From an uncultured virus (IMG/VR IMGVR_UViG_3300029309_000019) (Duplodnaviria; Heunggongvirae; Uroviricota; Caudoviricetes), in IMG/VR virus record IMGVR_UViG_3300029309_000019, positions 44,678 to 64,677 of that record: 20,000 nucleotides of DNA; one strand, 5' to 3'. A program made the position numbers and the translations under genes. Under the pieces are notes generated by a model, which worked only from the letters and a program-made list of their open reading frames with translations, did not search any database and was not told the DNA's origin. Below, one piece after another: positions 13,585-20,000 of the stretch (positions are counted from its first letter, which is position 1; each line of letters starts with the position of its first letter).

Positions 13585-15332
13585 ATAAAGAAGTCTTTAT
13601 TCTTTTGATAAATTTCATTATCCTCCTGTTCATTCTCTTCTGTAAATCTACCGTTCTGTAGATTGTATTTAAAGTCAGCAGAACCTATATTACCTATGTG
13701 CCTAAATTTAACCTTCTGTATATATGCTGTGGTTGTTTTATTCATCATATTTCTATAAACTGTAATACCATTATCAACTTGATTATAAAAGTTTGCTGAG
13801 CCAGCTATATCGTACAGTGTTGGTATGTCATAAGAACCATCAGGTCCTTTCATCATCTTTCTAGGATGAGCCACAAGAAATATATGTATGTCGTACTTCT
13901 GCTTAAATATAGTAAGCTTAGTAAGAAACTCATTGACATAATTAGTCTCACTTGTTGAGCCATCTATCTTATGTGATATTTTGTTGTATGGGTCTATGAT
14001 GAGAGCGTTGATTCCGTACCTCATGATTAAAGACTTTGCGGATTTTAAAATGTCATCAATCGTAAAAGTATCATTTTCCGTGTCAGGTCTTATCCAAAAG
14101 TAATGGTCGTTTATAAATTCTTTTGCTTCACTAAGCTCGGTTCTATCCATTCTAGAACAAAGGTATCTAGTCTTTTGCTTTGTGTAAAGTTCTGTTCTTG
14201 TCAAGAATCTTTCACCAAAAGATTTACCTATATACTTTTCTGCCAGGGAAGAGAAATGTAATTGAACTGGAAAGTGCTCAGGTGAAAACACTCCGAACTT
14301 CCATCCATGTTGGGCAGATAATCTCATACATAAATGCTCCAAAAAATGTGACTTACCATGTGTAGGTACACCTGTAATCACAGTCAGTTGTGATGTAACA
14401 AAAGTAAAAAGCCTATCAAATTTTTCATGACCAACCTTTAATCCGCTTTGTAATCCGTTATCATACAACCTATCAATATCATTTTCCAAACCCTTGACAG
14501 TAAGTATTCCTTCAATAGGATATGGCTCAGCATTACTTATACACTCATCTATTTCTATCTGACCATGCTTCATTAAAACATCATTAGCATCTTTACAGTC
14601 ATCAGGAAATATAACACGTAAGCATCTGTCTCTTCCAAGTCTACGAGATAACTCTTGTTCAAGAACAACACCTTTCTCATCATTATCTACAGCTATGAAT
14701 ATTTTATCTAGGTCTTCAAAATACTCAATAGAGTTTTCTAGAAAGTCCATCTTCTTGTCTGATGCACCATTAGGCACCGATATACAATTAGGGTATCCAG
14801 CTACTTCAAAAGCTAGCTTATCTATTTCTCCCTCTACAATGATGCATGTGTTGTGGTCCTTAATATCATCTATACCATAGAATGTTGGTTCACCATTTTT
14901 AAACATTTTGAAGTTCTTCTTGCCGTCCCTATACTTGACATTTACTATCTCTCCTTCTTTGAAATAATTGAAGTTGATAGCATTTCTTTCTCCTCCTACT
15001 TGAGGAAAGTATTCAGAACTTTCAGTGACTTTGTTTCTTATTAAGACTTTTTGAGATATGCCTCTATCCTTAAACCATTTAACCATGTTGTCTGACAACT
15101 CTGTATTGTTTGTCCAAACTGGTTTTTCATATATTTTTGTCTTAGTATAACCTTTGTTTATACTGCCACTCCAACCACAATTATGACAATTCCAAACCCC
15201 TTCGTCTATGTTAACAGACAGGCATGGCTCATTCTTTTTCTTTCTTGTGTGTGAGCATTTTGGACATTTAACTTTAGTTTGTCCACTGCTTTTCTTAATA
15301 ATTATACCATGTTTATTAAATCCCTCCATCAT
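13581..15332 (-). CDS. Bifunctional DNA primase/helicase (T7 gp4 / Twinkle-like)
   Basis: Zn finger CPKC...CHNC, TOPRIM EGEID and DND, Walker A GVPTHGKS, IIDPYN, LVAHPRK, DIAGSANF and QKVKF SF4 helicase motifs. Confidence 0.93.
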   Translation of the reverse strand: MMEGFNKHGIIIKKSSGQTKVKCPKCSHTRKKKNEPCLSVNIDEGVWNCHNCGWSGSINKGYTKTKIYEKPVWTNNTELSDNMVKWFKDRGISQKVLIRNKVTESSEYFPQVGGERNAINFNYFKEGEIVNVKYRDGKKNFKMFKNGEPTFYGIDDIKDHNTCIIVEGEIDKLAFEVAGYPNCISVPNGASDKKMDFLENSIEYFEDLDKIFIAVDNDEKGVVLEQELSRRLGRDRCLRVIFPDDCKDANDVLMKHGQIEIDECISNAEPYPIEGILTVKGLENDIDRLYDNGLQSGLKVGHEKFDRLFTFVTSQLTVITGVPTHGKSHFLEHLCMRLSAQHGWKFGVFSPEHFPVQLHFSSLAEKYIGKSFGERFLTRTELYTKQKTRYLCSRMDRTELSEAKEFINDHYFWIRPDTENDTFTIDDILKSAKSLIMRYGINALIIDPYNKISHKIDGSTSETNYVNEFLTKLTIFKQKYDIHIFLVAHPRKMMKGPDGSYDIPTLYDIAGSANFYNQVDNGITVYRNMMNKTTTAYIQKVKFRHIGNIGSADFKYNLQNGRFTEENEQEDNEIYQKNKDFFI

Positions 15333-15700
15333 ACATATATTTTTTCTCCATCTACTTCTATAAAACCTTTTTTATTTATCTTATTATGTGAGACCTTTTT
15401 GTCCTTGTACTTGGACATTTTTGTCCCACCTTCAATTAGTACCAAAGGTTTAATAAATCTTTTAGAGTTGTTTTTGTTTTGAATCTCTATATAACAATAA
15501 TCCTCTAGTTGTTTGATTGCTCTTGATATAGTTTTACTTGAACAACCATAAACTTTTGAGAAGTATGTATTACCAGCATAACACCCTGAAGATGATGATA
15601 GTGATATAATATCACCATAAATCAATCTTGATAAAGGAGTTAGTCTATTGTCTTTTTTAACTTCGTTAGGTATGCGTATGTATCCTTTAAAGTTCTCCAC
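15329..15700 (-). CDS. Winged-HTH protein resembling phage replication-initiator N-terminal domain
   Basis: YIRIP..V..D..L...RLIYG.I.SL...GCYAGN.YF..YG.S..TISRAI..L...YI. Lies directly upstream of the primase-helicase. Confidence 0.75.
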   Translation of the reverse strand: MENFKGYIRIPNEVKKDNRLTPLSRLIYGDIISLSSSSGCYAGNTYFSKVYGCSSKTISRAIKQLEDYCYIEIQNKNNSKRFIKPLVLIEGGTKMSKYKDKKVSHNKINKKGFIEVDGEKIYV

Positions 15701-16016
15701 CGCCCCAAGTATGATTTGTACTATTAACTACTTCATCTTGCCAAGCTGTTTTATTTTTATGCATGGCAACTTTAAGTAATATCAAGTAACCAATAATATC
15801 CTTAACGGTGTCTTCTGTCTCATCATTGATACCTTTGTTTTTGACCCTCATAAGTTTATCATCTAATCTAGCGCATAAACTTTCTACGGCATTACCTTTT
15901 GAAAAAATGTTGCATGGGTTAGTTGCACTATCTCCATAAGCTCTATTCTTTTCTATTAGCAAATCAATTACTTCATTACCAATCTTCTGTATTAGTTCCT
16001 CTGTATTCATAGTCAT
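15687..16016 (-). CDS. DUF1599 / nucleotide-modification-associated domain-like protein (all-alpha NTP-PPase-like fold)
   Basis: EKNRAYGDS, RLDDKL.R and EDT..DIIGY..L motifs. Alternative start at 16010. Confidence 0.75.
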   Translation of the reverse strand: MTMNTEELIQKIGNEVIDLLIEKNRAYGDSATNPCNIFSKGNAVESLCARLDDKLMRVKNKGINDETEDTVKDIIGYLILLKVAMHKNKTAWQDEVVNSTNHTWGGGEL

Positions 16017-16179
16017 ATGTTTGTGTTGTATACCTTCGGCTATGCATTAATTCCAAAGCTCTATCTTGGCTAGCTCTATGAACCCAACCAGTAATAAGAT
16101 AAAATGAAATATCTTCAGTTATAACTTTAGGTATAATAATTTTATCCTTTGGTATTCTATGTTTTATTTTTTTTATCAT
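15976..16179 (-). CDS. Hypothetical protein (67 aa)
   Basis: Fills the gap between the hairpin and the DUF1599-like gene; overlaps the latter by 41 nt. Confidence 0.55.
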   Translation of the reverse strand: MIKKIKHRIPKDKIIIPKVITEDISFYLITGWVHRASQDRALELMHSRRYTTQTYDYEYRGTNTEDW

Positions 16180-16183
16180 AACG

Positions 16184-16215
16184 AAAAGTTAAAGCGAGGG
16201 GCTTTAAGCCCCCCG
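16184..16215 (-). terminator. Probable intrinsic terminator/attenuator downstream of SSB-like gene
   Basis: The - strand reads CGGGGGGCT-TAA-AGCCCCTCG (9-bp stem, 16215-16195) followed by an interrupted U tract, CTTTAACTTTT. Confidence 0.65.
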
Positions 16216-16239
16216 ATTAACAAAATGAAAAATTAGTGA

Positions 16240-16515
16240 CTAGAAAGGTAGGTCGTTGTCTTCCTCCTCAACCACAGCCTGTTCAGCTTGTGCTTGTGGT
16301 TTGAATGTATCTACCTTTACATAGTGCGTCTTTCCGTAGTCATCAGCTCCACCCTTTTTCTTTGCTACAACTAGCTTGATATACTTCTCACCATTGTATT
16401 CAAAGATGTGCTCTGATGCCTCCTTTGTTAGTTTACTTAAATTTACAGAGAACTCAACAAGGTCTCCGTTGAACTTTTCAGTTCCATTTCCTACATAAAT
16501 TTTTTGTTCTGACAT
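16240..16515 (-). CDS. Putative single-stranded DNA-binding protein
   Basis: Small beta-rich domain (YIKLVV...DDYGKTHYVKVDTFKP) with an acidic tail EEEDNDLPF typical of SSBs. Located in the recombination/replication module. Confidence 0.65.
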   Translation of the reverse strand: MSEQKIYVGNGTEKFNGDLVEFSVNLSKLTKEASEHIFEYNGEKYIKLVVAKKKGGADDYGKTHYVKVDTFKPQAQAEQAVVEEEDNDLPF

Positions 16516-16517
16516 AA

Positions 16518-16817
16518 TTAGTTTTTTAATTGGTTATAAATTTCATTAGTTAATCTTCTGGATTTACCAGAAATCCTGTAAAGTCTGGATTTATCTTTTT
16601 CCCTTTGTCTGACTATCTTCAAGTAACCTTCTGATAGAAGTCTTTGAAGTGAATGTATTATACTAGTCCTAGAAGCAGGGAAGTGTTTAAAGAGATTGCT
16701 CTGAGAAAAATAGTCAAGTCCTGAGCCAAACAATAATAGTTCGACATCAATTCTTTTTAACGACTTCTCTCGACAAACCCTGTTCAAACACTTTCTGTAA
16801 AACATTAAGTTCATCAA
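16518..16817 (-). CDS. Winged-helix (MarR-like) DNA-binding protein
   Basis: FSQSNL....ASRTSI..SLQRLLSEGYL......RLYRISGKSR; very basic. Start uncertain. Confidence 0.6.
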   Translation of the reverse strand: MMNLMFYRKCLNRVCREKSLKRIDVELLLFGSGLDYFSQSNLFKHFPASRTSIIHSLQRLLSEGYLKIVRQREKDKSRLYRISGKSRRLTNEIYNQLKN

Positions 16818-17235
16818 TAGTTTTTTTATTAGTTTCTTTTAATGATTTGTTTTCTTCCATCAACAGTTGTAACCTGTTAGATAGGAATTGATTCCTATAA
16901 TATACCCTATCCATAAGACATCTGAGCTTTTCCTCTTGCATCTTTTTTCTAGGTACTATAATAGCTTTACATTCTCTCAATTTTCTCTTATATGTTGTAT
17001 CGTATTTCAACAAGTCTATGTGAGTCTTTTGATAATATACAACAGATGAGTGGTCTCTACATATTGTATTAGCAATCTCTGTTAGATTATGGTAGGTAGC
17101 TTCTCTGGCTATATTTGAAAATATAACTCTTGCTTCTACCAAATCTCTTGTTCTGACCTTACTCATTACATCTGTTTCTTTTAAATGTAAAACCATACAG
17201 ACATCTTTTAGTATTCCGCTTAGTGTGTTATCCAT
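16747..17235 (-). CDS. DnaA domain-IV-like HTH protein with C-terminal coiled coil
   Basis: SKVRTRDLVEARVIF...NLTEIA..ICRDHSSVVY matches the DnaA C-terminal pattern (S..R...I..AR...SL.EIG...RDHTTV). Start at 17235 preferred because it lies just after the upstream stop at 17238. Confidence 0.75.
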   Translation of the reverse strand: MDNTLSGILKDVCMVLHLKETDVMSKVRTRDLVEARVIFSNIAREATYHNLTEIANTICRDHSSVVYYQKTHIDLLKYDTTYKRKLRECKAIIVPRKKMQEEKLRCLMDRVYYRNQFLSNRLQLLMEENKSLKETNKKTIDELNVLQKVFEQGLSREVVKKN

Positions 17236-17237
17236 AA

Positions 17238-18017
17238 TTATATTGTTTCCCAATAACAGTATTCATCGGGGTTAAATTCTTGTGCAATAAATCTTGCATG
17301 ATATTCTTTCATAAGTTCATCTATCTCTTCTCTACCTTTTTGTACTGTCTCAGGAGACAAGGTGTATACCCCCATGTTGTATGGAAACTTTTTCTCTATT
17401 GCAACTATTGTAAATTTGTGTAAACCAAATCCATCAAGATAGTAGGCGGCCTGCCTATGATAGCCGTACTTGTAAACACTTCTTTCAAACTCTCTTGGTG
17501 AAGCATTTGATGTTGTTTTTAAATCCACCATAACGCCTTTGTCAAAGCTCACAATGTCAGCTTTACCTTTACACCAAAGATTATTAGCATTCCATATGTT
17601 TACTACTTCTGTTTGAGTATGGTCTAAATCTAACATCATAGCCTCGCACGCCATGGGATTTGAGTTTATCCTAGCATACATGCTTTCAAGAGTATGCATT
17701 TCGTCCTGAGTAAGTATTAGCTTGCCATCATTCTCTGCTTGAAACACATCCCATGCTTTACCTACTTTTCTTTTGCCATCAAACACAGCAACCATGTTCA
17801 TCTTCTCAGGTTCAAGCACAGCCATGTGGAAGGCTTTACCAAAGTTTAATGCTTGTGTTGATGAGTCTAGTTCCCCTTGCATGTATGCATGTAACTCCAG
17901 TGGGCTTTTGTTTAGTTTGCTCAGCATAGAGTTTGTAACATACTCATTATCAGCATAATACAATTCATCATCGTGTAGTCTGATGATTTCCTCTTCAATA
18001 TCTCTTTGTGTTAGCAT
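17238..18017 (-). CDS. RecE / exodeoxyribonuclease VIII-like PD-(D/E)XK exonuclease (DUF3799-like)
   Basis: ALNFGKAFHMAVLEP, CKGKADI, VDLKTT, YGYHRQAAYY and IVAIEKKFPY motifs. Confidence 0.88.
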   Translation of the reverse strand: MLTQRDIEEEIIRLHDDELYYADNEYVTNSMLSKLNKSPLELHAYMQGELDSSTQALNFGKAFHMAVLEPEKMNMVAVFDGKRKVGKAWDVFQAENDGKLILTQDEMHTLESMYARINSNPMACEAMMLDLDHTQTEVVNIWNANNLWCKGKADIVSFDKGVMVDLKTTSNASPREFERSVYKYGYHRQAAYYLDGFGLHKFTIVAIEKKFPYNMGVYTLSPETVQKGREEIDELMKEYHARFIAQEFNPDEYCYWETI

Positions 18018-18604
18018 TACTTAAGTGCTTTAGTTAGTTTATCTTTTTGTGCTTTAGTCATATCGTAAGCAGACAATCTTCCTTTGACTACATCTTTCTT
18101 ACCCTCGTCTATTGCTTTCATCATAGCATCCATGACTTCTTTAGTCATCTTCTTCTTAGCGGATGGATTCTTACTTGTGAACTCCTCTTTGACTTGTGCT
18201 ACATACTTGTTGTCATCCCACATGCCTAGGAATACATCAGCAGAAAATCCTAGCTTGGACAATCCTTTTGTAAGCGCATCCGTAGATACCTTCTTAAAAC
18301 AGTCATCATCTAGCTTACCAGACTTGTTGTGTGTTGCAATAGATGAGTTAATGGCAAATGAGTTTTTCTTTTCTTCATTCATCCACCAAAATGTAGCTTG
18401 GTATCCTAGTAAGCCATCTGTGTACATGTGGAAATGCTCATCTCTTACACCCCATCCTTCACCGCATGCACCGAACTGCTCGGTAGCACACATAATCTGA
18501 TATTGAGCATTTATACTTGTAAACTTTCTTCCGAAGTTAACTTCCTTCGTGTACTTGGGGTTTGTCTTTTCGACACTCTTCCAAATCTTCATGTTCTCTT
18601 TCAT
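18017..18604 (-). CDS. Rad52/Sak-like single-strand annealing protein
   Basis: FTSINAQY...EQFG..GEGWG and KKVSTDALTKGLSKLGFSADVF resemble the Rad52-fold K...TDA.K....G motif. TAATG-coupled to the exonuclease. Start at 18604 (MKENM) has an A-rich leader. Confidence 0.7.
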   Translation of the reverse strand: MKENMKIWKSVEKTNPKYTKEVNFGRKFTSINAQYQIMCATEQFGACGEGWGVRDEHFHMYTDGLLGYQATFWWMNEEKKNSFAINSSIATHNKSGKLDDDCFKKVSTDALTKGLSKLGFSADVFLGMWDDNKYVAQVKEEFTSKNPSAKKKMTKEVMDAMMKAIDEGKKDVVKGRLSAYDMTKAQKDKLTKALK

Positions 18605-18611
18605 TTTATAT

Positions 18612-18833
18612 TTATTTATTATTAATAATTTTGCTATCTGATAAAAGTTCATCCATAAATACATTGCTTAAATCAGAGCATTTATGCGATAATAGATGCA
18701 TGTTATCAGTAGATAAAGCTAGTCCAATAGTGGATACAATAATACCCATATCACTAGCTTCAGGAGAATTACTATCTTGCAATAGCTTGACTATCTCCAA
18801 AAGTCGCTTGTGTATCTCATTGTTTGATGTCAT
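18612..18833 (-). CDS. Hypothetical protein (73 aa)
   Basis: A-rich leader CAAACAACAAAAAT and a promoter motif immediately upstream. Confidence 0.7.
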   Translation of the reverse strand: MTSNNEIHKRLLEIVKLLQDSNSPEASDMGIIVSTIGLALSTDNMHLLSHKCSDLSNVFMDELLSDSKIINNK

Positions 18834-18852
18834 ATTTTTGTTGTTTGGTTGG

Positions 18853-18860
18853 CAAATATA
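18853..18860 (-). promoter_or_regulatory. Bacteroidota -7 promoter element TATATTTG for the recombination/replication operon
   Basis: + strand CAAATATA at 18853-18860, intergenic and the same octamer as the other two promoters. No clear -33 TTTG. Confidence 0.6.
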
Positions 18861-18871
18861 TATATTTTTTT

Positions 18872-19147
18872 TTAATTATTCCTATTGTTTTCGTAAAACA
18901 TTTCTATCTCTCTGTCAATAGATTCTTGTATGTTATCTATGTTGATAATCATTATTGTCATTCCTTTTCCTATAAAGAAATCTCCATGTTTACAACTGCC
19001 TTGTAGGTCTAATTCAAAGTCTGTTATCAACTCATCCTCGTTCCAAGTTCCAGTATAATTAAGTTCGCTTTCTGCCTCATATACCTTGTACATAATGGCA
19101 TCTTGAAATGGTTTTTTGTTCTTTGATTGTAGCGCTATATATCTCAT
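18872..19147 (-). CDS. Hypothetical early protein (91 aa)
   Basis: Part of a tightly packed run of co-oriented small ORFs. Confidence 0.7.
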   Translation of the reverse strand: MRYIALQSKNKKPFQDAIMYKVYEAESELNYTGTWNEDELITDFELDLQGSCKHGDFFIGKGMTIMIINIDNIQESIDREIEMFYENNRNN

Positions 19148-19360
19148 TTAGTATTCTTTTATTTGATTCATCAGTCCACTCATATCTAGTCCCGCCTTCC
19201 ATATGTGCATGTAGTTGCTATGTAATTTAGGATATTCTTCCATGTGCATTACTACCTCTACTAAATACCTCTTGCATTCTGATACAAGTTCCTTGTGTCT
19301 CTCGCATGTTAACTCTAGTTTTTCTCTGTCTTCCGTAAATGTTTTCTTACTTGCTCCCAT
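19148..19360 (-). CDS. Hypothetical early protein (70 aa)
   Basis: Abuts the downstream gene; starts MGASKKTF. Confidence 0.7.
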   Translation of the reverse strand: MGASKKTFTEDREKLELTCERHKELVSECKRYLVEVVMHMEEYPKLHSNYMHIWKAGLDMSGLMNQIKEY

Positions 19361-19580
19361 AATTAAATTGTATTGCTTTTGTATTGTTATTTATTTTTTT
19401 AATTGTTTTATCTCTTAGCTCTATGTAGTGTGCGTGATTATATTTTATATCATCAAGCAACCTATCTAAGTCTCGTTGGTGATAATCATGCTTACCATCT
19501 TCTACATAGTCAGCTATGTTTCTAAGTGATTTTACTACACTTTCTTTGTAGTACTTCCATTGTGCTTTATTCGTTGTCAT
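19347..19580 (-). CDS. Hypothetical early protein (77 aa)
   Basis: 14-nt overlaps with both neighbours. Confidence 0.7.
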   Translation of the reverse strand: MTTNKAQWKYYKESVVKSLRNIADYVEDGKHDYHQRDLDRLLDDIKYNHAHYIELRDKTIKKINNNTKAIQFNYGSK

Positions 19581-19806
19581 AATACTCTGGTTTATCGTTA
19601 GTTATATTTAATGTATTCTCTAGTAGTGTTTCTACTTCATCATATCTTTCATTGAAGAAATCTTGTGCCTCTTCTGTAAATCCTAGTTCATTCCTCTCTA
19701 CATCCATATCAAAGGTATCTTCGTGAAAGTTTAGTTCGGTGAGTTGTGTAGCTATCTCGCTAATAAACTCCATCCATTTTTCGTTTGGTATTCTGTGTTT
19801 ACTCAT
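19567..19806 (-). CDS. Hypothetical acidic early protein (79 aa)
   Basis: ATGA overlap with the upstream gene. Acidic, with motif FTEEAQDFFNERYD. Confidence 0.75.
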   Translation of the reverse strand: MSKHRIPNEKWMEFISEIATQLTELNFHEDTFDMDVERNELGFTEEAQDFFNERYDEVETLLENTLNITNDKPEYYDNE

Positions 19807-20000
19807 CTTGTAAAAGGTTTAAAATATACTCGTTCATTCTTGTTTGCTACGCTATGCTTTTCCCCTACGTAGTAATTCCAATACGCCTCGATAGTGTTCT
19901 TAGTTTTGAACTCATCAGGCATACATTGAGGAGGTGGTACGAATGGGATGTTAGGCATATCGCTAGGGGGCTTGGCTAGAGCATCTGCACACTTGATGAT
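19803..20000 (-). CDS. C-terminal part of pyrimidine-dimer DNA glycosylase / endonuclease V-like protein (5'-truncated, not in ORF track)
   Basis: Hand translation from 20000: IIKCADALAKPPSDMPNIPFVPPPQCMPDEFKTKNTIEAYWNYYVGEKHSVANKNERVYFKPFTR*. PPQCMPD..K....AY..YY..EK is the family's C-terminal signature. The stop overlaps the next ATG. Confidence 0.75.
   Translation of the reverse strand: MIKCADALAKPPSDMPNIPFVPPPQCMPDEFKTKNTIEAYWNYYVGEKHSVANKNERVYFKPFTR

Noticed and set aside
18605..18664. N-terminal extension of the annealing protein given by the track
   Set aside because: It overlaps the upstream gene; the ATG at 18604 has the A-rich leader and a short intergenic gap.
19785..19979. + strand 64-aa ORF
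   Set aside because: It is the shadow of the - strand glycosylase-like gene.
1..20000. Stop-codon reassignment, tRNA genes, integrase or IS elements
   Set aside because: The standard code gives near-complete coding density with TAA, TAG and TGA all used as stops. No cloverleaf, recombinase or transposase motifs were seen.

Overview
AT-rich, densely coding 20 kb segment of a tailed dsDNA phage, most likely infecting Bacteroidota (Flavobacteriales-like). Host evidence: TAnnTTTG promoters, A-rich leaders without Shine-Dalgarno sites, signal peptides followed by Gln, and a T9SS-type sorting tail. The + arm (1-12265) holds the end of a very large internal-virion-like protein, tail/fibre-like genes, a cassette of exported proteins, a holin-like gene, two tandem paralogs, a DUF5675-like putative lysin, a metallophosphoesterase and a spanin-like protein. 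A 10-N gap falsely fuses the last two in the ORF track. The - arm (12266-20000) is a replication/recombination/early module: RusA-like resolvase, PD-(D/E)XK nuclease, Twinkle/T7 gp4-type primase-helicase, HTH proteins, DUF1599-like, SSB-like, DnaA-domain-IV-like, RecE-like exonuclease, Rad52-like annealing protein, small ORFs, and a partial pyrimidine-dimer glycosylase missed by the track. The top finding is a phage-encoded envelope cassette (5522-9118): an outer-membrane beta-barrel, an unannotated 28-aa Cys-rich peptide, a membrane coiled-coil protein, a CxxC-less exported thioredoxin fold and a Cys-repeat protein with a T9SS type-A C-terminal domain. The last four genes are chained by TAATG overlaps. 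Also notable: a structured intergenic element and candidate anti-leader small RNA (10783-10886), apparent complete GATC avoidance, and a 16-bp palindrome exactly at the strand switch. All family calls come from motif recognition by eye, with no database searches.
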